In this document: piece after piece, positions 14,459 to 29,428 of the stretch | How the letters are laid out: each line of letters begins with the position of its first letter | Position numbering within the stretch: the stretch's first letter is position 1 | Origin: the human T2T-CHM13v2.0 reference genome, Homo sapiens | DNA length: 64,000 bases | NCBI RefSeq assembly: GCF_009914755.1 | Contig: NC_060925.1 | Reading direction: 5' to 3' (one strand) | Position numbers and translations under genes: made by a program | The notes under the pieces: model-generated | Seen by the model: only the letters and a program-made list of their open reading frames with translations | Databases searched by the model: none | Told to the model about the DNA's origin: nothing

Positions 14459-16102
14459 ATATATCCTTCTAGAGATGGTGTATGTAATTAAACAAAGTTG
14501 CTTCTGACTACAAAGTGTAGCCTATTATTACCAAGATTCAGAACCTTGCTCTTGTCACTTAGCAAACTATCTTGGAGGTCCATTTACATAACATTGTATA
14601 AAGCTGCCTAATAACAGCTTGTATAGTATTCCATTATTAAATGTACCATAAGTAATCTGAAGAATCCCTGATGAACATATCTAGGATGTTATAAATATTT
14701 TACTATTATAAACAATGCTATGATGAGTATATTTAGACATAAATTAATTCTACATGTGCTAGTTTATCTACAGAATAAAGTCTTAGAAGTGTTGTTGGTG
14801 GGTCCCAAATATATAATTTTAATTCTGATGGTACTGATAGACATTATATCAAATTATGTGACCATTATCAATAGATGTGGGCCTTTCCCAGTATCCTAGT
14901 CAATAGAGTATTACCATTTTGTTATTTCTCAATGAGTGAAAAATTATTTTACTTTAGTGTAGTTAGATATTTTTCACATGTAAGCATTATTTGTAGTCCC
15001 TCTTCTGTGAACTCTCTATTCATATTCATTACCACTTTCCTTTATCTTTTGAAAAAAAAATTCTATGAATGTTTCTTTAACAGATGTGCCAAAAAATTCA
15101 AAGATTCACGTAATACACAATGAAAAAATAATTTTCCCTTTTAAAATTCTCCCCTAGTCATTCAATTATCCTTAGAGGCAACCACTATTACCCATTTATT
15201 AGTTGTCTTCCAGGGATAGTCTATACATATATACAAGTGTGTGTGTGTATGTGTGTGTGTGTGTAGCACAAATGGCACCATGTTACACAATTTTGTGTCT
15301 TTTTTCACTTATGATATTTGAGACTGCTCTATGTCTGTATATACTGAGCTGCCACATTCTTTTTTAACAACTGTGTAATATTCCATTGTTATGGATATAT
15401 ACCTTGTTCAGTTTTAACTACAGCCTGAACAAGGCCACTGTGTATGCCTGCACAGCAACTCTACTTGCCAGGCCACATAAATAGGTGTGAAATTCAAAAA
15501 GGGTACATTTCAGACCCTGCCCATGTAGAGCTATTTTTTTCTAATTCACACAATAACTCAGAGTGAATGCACCATGGCCCTGACCACTGGTGAAATTTAA
15601 ATTAGGTTGTTTTCAAGCTTCTGCTACTATAAACAATGCTATGATTAAAATCCTTGTACATGCTTCATTTCATAAATGTACAAAATGTATCTGGAAGATA
15701 AATTCCTAAAAATGGAGTTCCTGGGTAAATGGAAGTTAAAATTTTAACAGGTTCTACTAAATTGCCCTCTGCAGCACTTTTATCAATTTACACTCCTACT
15801 GGCAATAAGAATACCTTAGCAGTGTTATCCATCGTTTTTCTTTGCCAATCTAATTAAGCCATAGTTCTAACCAGCATTTCTCTCATTTTGAAGTTAAATA
15901 TCTTTGCATATGTTACTTTTGCCCATTTTCCTACTGGCATTTAAAATGATTCATAGAAGCTCCTTGGGGATTTTTTGTTTTTGTTTTGTTTTTTGAGACA
16001 GTCTCACTCTGTCACCCAGACTGGAGTGCAGTGGCGTGATCTCGGCTCACTGCAACCTCCGCCTCCCGGGATCAAGCAATTCCTCGTGCCTTAGCCACCT
16101 GA

Positions 16103-16315
<213 letters not shown>

Positions 16316-17109
16316 TAACATGAGTTGTATGTAACCTTTTCATTTTGTCATTTGTCTTTTGATTTTGAAATATGGTTGAATTTCCCCATTGATTCTTTTA
16401 TGGCTTCCGGGTTTTGTGACATATTTAGAAAGACCTCTACACCGTTAAAATTTTTTCCTATATTTTTCTGAGTACATACTTACAATTTCTTAAGTCTTTC
16501 TCCATCTGAACTTTATTTTGGTCTAAATTGTGAGGTGCAAATCTATATTTTCTTCCATATGTCTACTCAGTTGTCACAGCATTATTTATTAAATAATCCA
16601 TATTTTTCCTACTGATCTGAAATGCCACCTCTATCATTACTAAATTCCCACATTTTAAATATATGTTTGGGCCAGGTGCTGTGGCTCATGCCTGTAATCC
16701 CAGCACTTTGGGACACCGAGGCAGGCGGATCACAAGGTCAGGAGTTCAAGACCAACCTGGCCAAGATGGTGAAACCCTGTCTCTACTAAAAATACAAAAA
16801 TTAGCCAGGCGTGGTGGCACGCGCCTGTAATCCCAGCTACTCAGGAGGCTGAGGCAGAGAACTGCTTGAACCCAGGAGGCGGAGGTTGAAATGAGCTGAG
16901 ATTGTACCACTGCACTCCAGTCTGGGCAAGACTCCGTCTCAAAAATATATATATATGTTTGGACCTATTTCTGGATTTCTCTTCTACTGGGTTGTCTGTC
17001 TATTCGTGCACCAGTACCAATTGTTTTAACTACGTAGCTTTATATCTGTAGTTTTCCTATAATTTCAATATGTGGAAACTTGCTCTTTGCCTCCTTTATT
17101 CTTTTCAGA

Positions 17110-18200
17110 ATGTCATTGAAGGTTTTTGAGCGGAGGAATGACATGATCTGATTTGGGTTTTTAAAAGATCATTCTGGTAACAGTGTAGAGAAAAAACTGC
17201 AAAGGACAAAAATGGAAGCAGGAAGACAGATAGGTCACTGCAATAATCCAAAAGAATGATGATGCTCAGACTAAGGAGGCGGTAATGGAGGTGGTAAGAA
17301 GTAGGGATCACTGAAGAGAAGTCTGGAGGGATAAAAGGGTTCTGTTTTAGATATATTATTTGAGATGGCTGTTAATCATATAAGTGTAAATGTCAAGTCG
17401 GCAGCTGGATACAGGAATCTGGAGCTCAAAGGTCAGGGTAAGAGAAATAAATCTAAATAAATCTAGAAGGAATCAATCACCATCTAGGTGGTATTTAAAA
17501 CCACAGGAGTGGGCCAAGAGAAATGGCTCACACCTGTATCCTAGCATTTTGGGAGGCTGAGGCGGGAGGATGGCTTGAGTCCAGAAGTTTGAGACCAGCC
17601 TGGGCAACATAGCGAGACCTCATCTCTACTAAAAATGTACAAAGTTAGCCAGACATAGTGGCATGCCGCTGTGGTCCCAACTACCAGAAGGCTGAGGTGG
17701 GAGGGTCTCTCAATCCCAGAAGGTGGAGGTTGCAGTGAGCTGAGATCATGCCACTGCACTCAAGACCCTGTCTCAATCAGTAAATAAATAAAACCACAGG
17801 ACTGCATGAATTCACTAAAAGTAATGTAGACTGAGAAAAGGGCCAAGTATGATGTCCTGGAAGTTGAATGAAGAAAGTATTTCAAGAAAGGAGGAAAGAG
17901 TGACTGTGTTAAATACAGTAAATTGACTACCAGATTTGGCAATATAAAGACTGATAGCAATATTGACAAGAACAGTTTCAATGCAGTGGTGCAGACAAAA
18001 GCCTGACTGGAATGACCTAAGGAGAGATTACAGATAAGGAGACAGAGGTGGCAAGAACAGGCTACCTTTAGAGGAGTTTTTCCATAAAGAGAGCAGAGAA
18101 AAGGGATAGTTGCTGGAGGGCCATGGTGTTAAAAAAGGATTATTCTCAGATAAGATGTAGGACTGCATATTTTTGTGTTGATGAAAATAATGAGTTGAAA
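17110..18200 (-). mobile_element. L2 fragments interrupted by an Alu (about 17512-17792)
   Basis: gaaggtttttgagcggaggaatgacatgatctgattt and aagaacagtttcaatgcagtggtg are L2-like. Confidence 0.55.
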
Positions 18201-19586
18201 AGGGGGAAAATCCAGATTACAGAGAGACCACCTAAAAATCATTAAGAAAAAGATAATTCAACACAAAAATAGGGAAAAATTAAAAACAGGAAATTCAAAG
18301 AAAATTCAAATGACCAAAAAACAGAAATATAAGCAAACCTACTGGTAATCAGTAACACATAAAATAAGATAACAATAAGATACCACCAAACAGATTAGCA
18401 AAAAAAGTTTAAATTTGACAACACTAAATGATGGTGAGGCTGTAATATATGGGTACAGTCATAACTGTTGGTAGGGATAAAAGTTGGAACAGCCCTAAAA
18501 ATGAAAATGCTCTTTGACCTAACAATTCTACTCTCCCATTTCTACACATCTACACACACAGGAGACATATACAAGGATATTCACTGTAGCGGATATTTTT
18601 ATTTATTTATTTATTTAGAGACAGGGTCTCACTCTGTCACCCAGGTTGTAGTGCAATGGTGTGATCTCAGCTCACCGCGGCCTTGACCTACCTTCTAGGC
18701 TCAAGCAACCCTCCCACCTCAGCCTCCCAAGTAGCTGAGACTATAGGCGTGCACCACCATACCCAGCTAATTTTTTGGTATTTTTTTATAGAGATGAGGT
18801 TTCATCATGTTGCCCAGGCTGGTCTCAAACTCCTGGACTCAAGTGATCCTTGGCGTCCCAAAGTGCTGGGATTACAGGCGTGAGCCACCACACTTCGCCC
18901 CAGAGATTTTTTTTTTCTTTTTTTTTGTTTTTGAGACAGGGTCTCTGTCACCCAAGCTGGAGTGCAGTGGTGCAATCAAGGCTTACTACAGCCTTGAACT
19001 CCTGGATTCAGGTGATTCTCCCATCTCAGCCTCCCAAGTAGCTGGGACTAGAGGCACTTGCCACCACCTAGCTAATTTTTTGTATTTTCAGTAGAGATGG
19101 GGTTTTGCCATGTTGTCTAGGCTGGTCTCAAACCCCTGAGCTCAAGAGATCTACCTACCTTGGCCTCCCAAAGTGCTGGGATTACAGACGTGAGCCACCG
19201 CGCCTAACTGCAAAGATTTTTAATAGCAAAAACCTGGAAACGATCTAATGTTCATCAATAGGACAATGGATAAATAAAATGTGGTACCTACAGGCAAAAC
19301 ATTACTATAATCAACAGGAATGTACCAAACCTACTCAGTATCAACATGGATAGGTATTTTTTAAAACAATATTAAATATTTTCCATTTAATATTAAATAT
19401 TAAAGATTGTCTAAAAGAACACATGCTAAACTCATAATAGCAGTTGCTTCCAGGGATGTAAAAGGGAGACTAACTGGTAGTAGTGGTTAATTTTTTAAAA
19501 AAGAAGAAAAAGGTAGGGGAAAGAAACTGAGCAAATAAACCAAATCTAACAATGGTTAATTCTGGATAGTGGGAATATCATAGAGC

Positions 19587-19806
19587 AGGGGTTGCCAAAC
19601 TATGGCCTGTGCACCACGTCCAGCCCACCATCTGTTTTTGTAAATAAAATTTTACTGGAACACAGCCACACTCACTCTTTCATGTATTATTTATGGCAGC
19701 TTTTCACTACAATGGCAGAGGTGACAGAGTCTACAATTGCAACCATAGAGCCTGCAAAGTTTAAAATATTTACTATCTAGACTTTTATAGAAAAAGTTTG
19801 CTGAGT
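19587..19806 (+). mobile_element. MER58A-like hAT-Charlie MITE
   Basis: caggggttgccaaactatggcc...gtaaataaaattttactggaacacagccac...aaaaagtttgctga. Confidence 0.8.
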
Positions 19807-20089
19807 TTTACAGATTTTCCTCTTTGTAATTTTCTGTATTTTTCACCTTTCCCAAAAATTTAAAATCATTTAAGTAACTTGAGGGAGATTCACAACAAAG
19901 TTCTCAGAGAAACCAAGAAAAGATTCTAAAACTGTCAGGTGTTTTTTTTTTTTTTTTTCACATTGTAAGAGCACTACATTATTTATTATACTTTTTATAG
20001 ACTAAAGTAAAAATATTAATCAAAACTATTCTGTAACATAGTTTAAATGACTGGTGAATTATAGAAATACTCCACATAGGGAAAACATA

Positions 20090-22172
20090 TATAGGGCAGC
20101 TACATGAAATATGAGGTATATGTTCCTAAAAAACTAAATAATTCAAAACTAACATAATTCAAGACTAATTATCTCATATATACAGAGGAAAGAAGCATTC
20201 TCAGAGTACATAAATCTACAACTAATATAGAATGTTTTTATGAATACATGTTAATACTTACTAATATATAATACATTAATACCTTGATTATACAATTGTG
20301 TGGTTAATAATGTACAACACAGTGATTTATTATGTAATTTTAAAATATAATTTAATGCAAAATACATAATATTCAAATAAATACCAAGTTAACTTAATGA
20401 CAGTTAATTATCTAATGTGGTATACTGCTTGAAAATAATTAAGGAGAAATTACTATCATCTTCCAATAACACAAATAATGAGAGAGTTACGAGACACTAA
20501 ATTAGGATAAGCTACCTCTCCACATTACAGTGAAGGCTGGTCTGATTCCTTGGAAGACTTTTGCTAAAGAATGACTCTAATGTGGTTTGAGAGTTTTTTC
20601 TTTCTTTTTTTTATCACTGAGGATTTCTTGGTATGCAGACACATTTTTCATCTTTAGACTTGCCACCACGAACAGCAATCCACATTTAGATCACCTTCAA
20701 AAATAGTAATTGCTGCTAAAATATGGTCAAAAGCCTATGGCAGTCACTTTACTGTTAGTTGTGCCCAAGGCCCGGATTGACTGCTAGGACCCTCTTCCAG
20801 TTGCTTTTGTTCTTCTAATTCTAGCAAGACTTCCTTTATTAATCCATGGGGGACAACCCAAGCAAATATTCAATATCCTCTTCAGGAACTCTGTGCAAAT
20901 CTACCTTCTGTTCTACTTACACAGATTCCTTATTAGCAGGTGTTATGTTGTCTTCCAAGTTAAAGCCTCTTTAAATTATGGTAAAGCTGAAATGTTTTCA
21001 TAGCTTTGGAGTTAGCAGATACAGCTTGCCAGTGCATTTTTATATTCCTAAAACCTTGGTGGGCTTTAAAATTGGAGAACCAGCCATAACTTGTAGTAAA
21101 CCTTTTGTCTCACTGTCACCTCTTTTCAAATCAAAATGAAAATACTGATGCCTTAGCATAGATGATAGATTGCCCTCAGGGGTGCATTATGGCAGCACTG
21201 ATCTTGCAACTTGTGTTACCAGAATTTTTTTCCATTTATTCCATTATCATTGCCTGGTTATAATTTTTGTGAACTAAGAGGCATACCTGCTTTAATACTG
21301 CTTTCAGTTTTTTGAGCACTACTGCTAATATTCTGCTGGGTACACTCTCCTAAATTAATAGCATGAGATATCACAGCAGTGGTTTGGTCATCTTCATAGA
21401 TTTTTTATCACATCTAACTTTTGTTCTAAAGTTATTAAATTTGGGGCACATTTTTTTAGCACTAGCACCACCACTTAATATAACACTTAAATGGCATTAT
21501 TCTACGATATAAAAAAAGAGTTTTAATTATATCAAGAGCAAATGTTAGGACAGCAGCACAAGCTGGGCACCATCGGCTCATGCCTGTAATCACAACAGCT
21601 TGGGAGGTTGAGGCGGGAGGATCACTTGAGGCTAGGAGTTTGAGACTAGCCTGGGCAACATAGCAAGACTGAGACCCTATCTCAACAAAAGAAAAAAAAC
21701 AAAATAAGCTGTGTGTGGTGGCAGACACCTGTGGTCCTAGCTCCTCAGGAAGCTGAGGTAGGGGACTGCTTGAGCCCAGAATTTCGAGGTTGAGTGAGCT
21801 ATGATCATGCCACCGCACTCCAGCCTGGGCAACAGAGCAAGACCCTGTCTCAAAAAAAAAAAAAAAAAAAAAAAGCATAACAGTCATCAAAAACATTAAC
21901 CCAAGACCTGATACAGTATCATGTGATACTAATAAAGGATGATGGGAATTTTGTTTTCCTGCTAAAGTGATGCTGATACAGGGCAACAATGCCATAATTT
22001 GCAATCAGCCGGCCAGACTTGAAAGTATGCATTTCTTGAACGTTTCTTTTAATTTTGAGAAGTCTCACAATATTTCAAATTTGAGACATAAAGTGAAAGT
22101 CTAAATATATTTTTACTTTGCACTATTTTCAGTCTCACATAATTCAAAGTTGCATAAAACAGGACTACACTG
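20090..22172 (-). mobile_element. Internally deleted Tigger/pogo DNA transposon fossil with an Alu at about 21562-21874
   Basis: Minus-strand peptides ITLEQKLDVIK (psq HTH), FTTSYGWFSNFK (CENP-B HTH) and QTTLESFF; TIR-like cagtgtagtcctgttttatgc at the 22172 end; left end uncertain. Confidence 0.75.
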
Positions 22173-22638
22173 AACTTTCAAAACTTAAAGGAAAATACTT
22201 GAATATAGTAAAAGAGAAAAATAATGTAGTTTTGTTATTTCCAACCAGGTGGAATTAACAAGAATTTAAATAAATTAAAGAACCTGAATACAAATAATAA
22301 AATAAATCAAGAATGCATTCTTACTAATGATCTAAGATTAAACTGTAAGATTCAAAACAAAAGCACACCATCTATTACTCCACTTTTTTAAAGACTAAGC
22401 TTGCCACTATGAACAGCAATCCACATTTACATCATCTTCAAAAACAGTAATTGCTGCCGAAATATGGTCAAAAGCCTATGCCAGTCACTTTACTGTTAGT
22501 TGTGCCCAAGACCTAGATTAATGACTAGGACCCTCTTCCAGCAAAAAGAAAAGTATTCAGATATATTAGAATGCCATATCCAAAGTGAAAATAAGCCCAA
22601 GTGGCATTATCAAGAAAAGTATTAACAATTAAACTCAC

Positions 22639-22676
22639 ATCTTGAATGATCTTTGCTGCCTCTTTAGTAACTGCAC
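22639..22676 (-). CDS. ZMYM6: ZMYM6 exon 14 (G-AVTKEAAKIIQD), 38 nt
   Basis: ACAG|GT acceptor, GAT|GTGAGT donor; required to join phase 1 to phase 0. Confidence 0.88.
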
Positions 22677-22780
22677 CTGTTGTAAATTAAAACAAATATT
22701 ATTATCCTTAGAATATACAGAAGTAAACACTGAAATCAAGAAGTTACTTTCCTCCCATTAAGCTGGGCTAGAGTCTAAAC

Positions 22781-22930
22781 CAGAGTTTCTCAGAAAAATG
22801 GTACAAGGAAACTGCATCAGTATCACCCAGGGTGCTTAATAACGGTAAGGATTCCAGGGCCCCAATCCCATCCAACTGTATTAGAATCTCTGGCAGTAAA
22901 GGAGTAGGTATATTAAAATCATGTGGGCTC
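22781..22930. mobile_element. MER5-like hAT-Charlie fragment
   Basis: cagagtttctca...tgcatcagtatcacccagggtgctt...attccagggcccc...tagaatctctgg. Confidence 0.55.
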
Positions 22931-23533
22931 CTAAAAAAATATCACTTCCCAGGGAGTACCTCTGAGCCTTCTATGGCTCAAGAGCCTGCCTGATTAAAAA
23001 GAAAACAAACAAATTAGCCCAGTGTGGTGGCCTGTAATCCCAGCACTTTGGGAGGCCAAGGCGGGAGGCCAGGAGCTCTAGACCAGCCTGGCCAACATGG
23101 TGAAACCGCATCTCTACCAAAAATATAAAATTAGCTGGGTGTAGTGGCAGGCACTTGTAAACCCAACTATTCAAGAGGCTGAGACAGAAGAATCGCTTGA
23201 ACTCGGGAGGCGGAGGTTGCAGTGAGCCCAGATTGCGCCACTGCACTCCAGCCTGGGTGACACAGTAAGACTCCGTCTCAAAAAAAAAAATTAAAAATTG
23301 AAAAAACAAAAATAAAAACACTTCCTTTCCCATCCACACCACCTTGCTTGCTACCCACTCCCCTGAGGCGGGGGTGGGGAGGCGGTGGGAGGGGGTGCAT
23401 GTTCCCCTACATCACGTAAAGAAAGATATTACCAGTAAGAACTACTGGCCAGGCACGGTGGCTCACACCTGTAATCCCAGCTATTTGGGAGGCCGAGGCA
23501 GGTGGCTCACCTGAGGTCAGGAGTTTGAGATCA

Positions 23534-23739
<206 letters not shown>

Positions 23740-23802
23740 CTACTTAGGCTAGACAACACTCACTTCTATGGCTTAGCCAAATGCCATTATATCAAGTCAT
23801 AC

Positions 23803-23943
23803 CTTTTAAAACACTGTTAGTGTTCCCTGTAGATAAGGTAGCAGGTATTTTTGCCAATGACATCACACTGGTTATAACTGGTGTTGTATCTGTCCTTGCA
23901 GAAGGGAGCTCCGTCACAGCAGTTTTTGCTTTAGAAATATTTA
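23803..23943 (-). CDS. ZMYM6: ZMYM6 exon 13 (V-NISKAKTAV...NSVLK)
   Basis: TCAG|TA acceptor, G|GTATG donor, 141 nt open frame. Confidence 0.9.
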
Positions 23944-25621
23944 CTGATTAAAATAAAAAGTTAAGATCTGGAATAAGCAAAAGGGTCTCTCTCTCATACA
24001 CACTCACACTCACACACAAAACCCTGTTTAGTAACTAGGTTTTCAAGAAGCAATATAAATATCTGATTCTGTATCATGTTAGGTTGGGTGACTCTGGTCA
24101 GATTAGTGTTCTTTAGGACTTAAAGAGAGTCCAATTCTATAAAGTCATAAACCTCAAATGACATTTAACAGGTAAAAATACAGGTATTGGATACAGTGGC
24201 ACCAGCCTGTAATCCCAGCTACTTGGGAGGCTGAAACAGGGGGATCACTTAAGCCCAGGAGTTCAAGACCAACCTGGGCAACATAGCAAAACCTAGTCTC
24301 AAAAAAAAAAAAAAAAAAAAAAGACAGGTATTAGCTTCAGGATTCACTGGACTGTTCTATTAGTGACTATTAAAACTCCTAGACCTAAGCATGCATCAGA
24401 TAAAAACTTAACATGACAATTTTTATAAATAAGTTAATGAGGGAGCTGTCCAACCCCATAACACTAGTTTTCTTAACCCATATTATAAAATGAATATTCT
24501 ACTACCAGCCTGACTGGTTCTGGGGAATGGAGGGCTAACACGAAAGATTAGCACAAGGCATTTATAATTAAGGTAATCATTAATAAGACTGCAGAGGTAG
24601 GCAATGGCCAGACTGCAAAGAGCCAAAGCTCTGTCAATCAGGTAGCACTCCAGGCTTTGAACAGAGAACATAATAGCAAGTGGCTTTTTTTTCTGAGAGA
24701 GAGAATATCGTTCTGTAGCCCAGGCTGGAGTGCCATGGCATGATCTCGGCTCACTGTAACCTCCATCTCTTGGGTTCCAGTAATTCTCGTGCCTCAGCCT
24801 CCTGAGCAGCTGAGCTTACAGGCACACACCACCACACTTGGCTAATTTTTGTATTTTTAGTAGAGATGGGGTTTCACCATGTTTACCAGTCTGGTCTCGA
24901 ACTCCTGGCCTCAAGTAATTTGCCCATCTCAGCCTTCCAAAGTGCTGGGATTACAGGTGCGAGCTACTGCACCTGGCTACCAAATGTTTTTAATCTAATA
25001 CTTAGAAAGAAATACTTAGGAGAGCTACTTTATGAATATATCATGGATCTATCTACTCACCTGGATATTCTGACCATATTAGCTGTCCTACTTGCAAAAT
25101 TATTTTATTCTTAGCTAGGATAAACTTTGCTACCCATGAAGAACTGTTCCATTTTATATTTTCTGAGATAATTAACGTGTTGTTCTTTTCTCCTTGCCTA
25201 TAAGCAAGCTCTGAAACAAATTTTACACTAGTCACAGCAACTATATTAACTATACTCTCCCTTTGTTTGCCCTGATTTTCTGTTTTTATTTCTGGTTTAT
25301 TAACTAAATAGTATATATCCCTAGTTTAAGTTATTTATGTACAGATACATTCAATCAAAAAGCAATCAAATCTAAGTTTCCTATAAAAATTAGTGCATAT
25401 ACATTATTGGCCTTTTGGTGTGCTTGACTATCAGAGCAAAAAGTATTAGAATTACTTTTCCCTCAAGGGGAAATCTTAAAGACTTCTTAAAGAAAAATTT
25501 AAGGAAATTCAGGCTATTTGAATCCAATGAAATTTTGTTTTTATTATATTATTTATAACTGTATATGCTGATAGTGTCCTAGCACTGACATAAAAATCCC
25601 ATTAGCTAAGTTTAATTTTAC

Positions 25622-25769
25622 CTTTATTTTGTGGAAGACAGTCATTCATAATTTGCTGATGACAAAACTCCAAGACACAAAATAGGTTACAGAAATGTTT
25701 AATGTTGCCTCGCCACTTTATGGACTCGCTTAGTTTACCCTGTCGTTTACAACCATCACACTTGGCCAT
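25622..25769 (-). CDS. ZMYM6: ZMYM6 exon 12 (MAKCDGC...HFCNLFC...QNK)
   Basis: TTTCAG|ATG, G|GTAAA; MYM finger. Confidence 0.93.
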
Positions 25770-27422
25770 CTGAAAAAGAAATGTTAGACAAGATAGGCTT
25801 AAAACTATAAAATAATGAAAAGATAACATTAATCATAAAAAGAGGGACTACGAAAACAGGATATATGAGTCAGTTGAGACTACAAAATGTAAGGTTCTTA
25901 CCTTAAAATACTGATTTTATTTAATTATTTGTTTTATATAGATGCCCTAAATCAAGATAATATAAAAACTGTGGCCAGGCACGGTAATTGTGGGATCACG
26001 CCTGTAATCCCAGCATTTTAGGAGGCCGAGGTGGGCGGATCATGAGGTCAGGAGTTCAAGACCAGCCTGACCAACATGGTGAAACCCCGTATCTACTAAA
26101 GTACAAAAATTAGCCAGGTGTGGTGGCGCACGCCTGTAATCCCAGCTACTTAGAAGGCTGAGGTAAGATAATCGCTTGAATCCAGGAGGCAGAGGTTGCA
26201 GTGAGCCGAGATCGCGTCACTGCACTCCAGCCTGGGTGACAGAGTAAGACTCTGTCTCAATAGAAAAAAAAAAAAATGCTCTTCTGTTTTCAAAATTACC
26301 AATAAGGGAATCTATCTAAAGATAGGTTCATAACTGGGCATGGTGGTGCCCACCTCTCCTGGTTACTCGGGAGGCTGAGGCAGGAGAATCACTTGAACCC
26401 AGGAGGCAGAGGCTACAGGGAGCCAACATCGCCCACTGATCACGCCACTGCACACCAGCCTGAGCAATAGAACAAGATTCTGTCTGGCTGGGGGATGGGG
26501 GGTGGGCAGGTGGGATGGGGGAAGAAAAGATACACAATGAAAAAAGTAAGTAAAAAAAAAATAAAGATAGGTTCAACTTCTAAAAAATTAAGCAGCAGCT
26601 TACAGTAGTTGATATAATATGGGCTTTGGAGTCATAAAGATTTTGATTCATTCAGCAAATATTTAATTAGACATCCTTTGTCTTAAGCACTGTGATTGGC
26701 CCTAATTATATAATCATGAAAAATATATTACCCTCCCCCAACAATAAAATTCTATTTTTTTAGAGGTAGAAAAACAAACAGTGATTTACCAGAGTGTTAT
26801 AGATGCTGTCTTGCTGTCACCTACCAGCTTCCTCAAGAGCATATTACTTAACTTCCCTGGACCTCTCTCCTTTTCCTTATTTATAAAATGGCAGTAATAT
26901 ACTTACCTCTTGGGACTATGGTAAGGATTAAATGAAATGACACTTACAGAGCACCAGACATGTATTAGTGGTTCAATTAACTGTAGCTACCATTGTTAGC
27001 CTTTCAAAAAGTTAATCTTTTTAAAAATGAGGTAGGAATGGTTGCCAGCTATTGTCCTTTGACCTATGAAGTGAGACAAGGTCTAACTTCAAATTCCTCA
27101 GAGTAACCTGAATGAGAGAGCCACTTCAGGCAACATTATGTGAAGTTCTAACCTGAAAGAAGTCAAATAAGGGCAAAGTGCCTCATAAGAAGGCAAAAAT
27201 AAAAGGAACATATCCAACCAACAACAAAGTCTGCAGAAATCCTATACTTTTTATCCCAAAGATTTCCTGTTTATATTCAATTGAATTTTTCTATTATAGC
27301 CCATAACTTATTTTATCCAGTGCTAAACACCAAATTTTTCTTCACATAATTTGAATACATTTTAAATAAAAACAATTTGCACTGATTTCAGAAAGCCAAA
27401 AAAAGTATATTATCACATTTAC

Positions 27423-27595
27423 CTGATAAAACAGAACTGTAAATTTGGACATACAATCTTCACAACAAAACTCTTCTAACTTGCCCTCCAATCGATTTTC
27501 TACCAAATTTGGGGATGTCTGTGAACAGTAGCTGCACATCTTACAGTAGTTTCCCCATCGTTCTCCAAAGTCACGGGCAGAGAGGAATTTGCAAA
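27423..27595 (-). CDS. ZMYM6: ZMYM6 exon 11 (V-CKFLSAR...EFCCEDC...LFYQ)
   Basis: CTCAG|TT, CAG|GTAAA; MYM finger. Confidence 0.93.
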
Positions 27596-27693
27596 CTGAG
27601 GATCAGAGGGATGAAAGGAAGAAAAATCAAATTTACATTAACTGAGGAGGTATAATAAGTTTCTGTGGTCTTAGATATGAAACTTTAAGCTAA

Positions 27694-27897
<204 letters not shown>

Positions 27898-28275
27898 TAG
27901 AGCAGCTGGGATTACAGGTACCTGCCACCACACCCAGCTAATTTTTGTATTTTTAGTAGAGATGGCATTTCGCCATGTTGGCCAGGCTGGTCTCAAACTC
28001 CTGACCTCAGGTGATCTGGCTCGCCTTGGCCTCCCAAAGTGCTGGGAATACAGGCGTGAGCCACTGCGCCCTGCCACCACCTTTTAAATATACTCTAAAT
28101 ATTAGGCCATTTATATTCAGAAACATTAGAGGTATAAAAGTTTTTTAAGCCAAGAAGCAGCAACTGTTTTAAGTTCCTCTTCGCAAATGAGTGCAAGAAC
28201 AAAAAGATCTCTGATGTCATAGCTAAACTTATGAAGAGATTTTCTTTATTAATACCACTGATGTAATCATTTTTA

Positions 28276-28662
<387 letters not shown>

Positions 28663-28668
28663 CTATAA

Positions 28669-28854
<186 letters not shown>

Positions 28855-29117
28855 TAGAGACGGTGTTTTTTAACAGAGATGGGGTTTCACCATGTTGGTC
28901 AGGCTGGTCTTGAACTCCCAACCTCAAGTGATCCACCCACCTCAGCCTCCCAAAATGCTGGGATTACAGGCGTGAGCCTCCATGCCCGGCCTCCAAAATA
29001 CTTCTAATTACACCTTGTAAGACAAAAAGAATGTGAAAACTAATCATGGCTTAATTGCCCAAGTCGTCATGAATTATAACAACCCATGCTCTGTGAATAA
29101 AACAACTTTGTCTTTAC

Positions 29118-29268
29118 CTTCACTACAGAATGGCTTATCAACCCCTGAGAATCGCACAGTCTCCTTTATAATTTTCTGCAGTTTACAGTAGTCACACATT
29201 GCCACAACTTTATTTTTCTTCTTGTATTCATCAGAGCAATTCTTGCCACAAAACAGAAACATTTTACC
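29118..29268 (-). CDS. ZMYM6: ZMYM6 exon 10 (GKMFLFCGKNC...PFCSE)
   Basis: TGCAG|GGT, G|GTAAA. Confidence 0.93.
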
Positions 29269-29428
29269 CTGCAGAGAAACAACAGTCCATTAAGAGCCAA
29301 CTAAACAGTTGCTTTATCTTTAAGAACTCCTTTTCATGTCAAAGCAAATTGAGTGATCAAAATTGAAAACACAAAAGTGTTTCTACTGGATGAGTTTATA
29401 TACAATCCCTTTCATGATCTCTCTTTAC

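Noticed and set aside
15433-15582. Possible MER91-like hAT-Tip100 remnant
   Set aside because: Only the 3' words are recognisable; too degenerate to call
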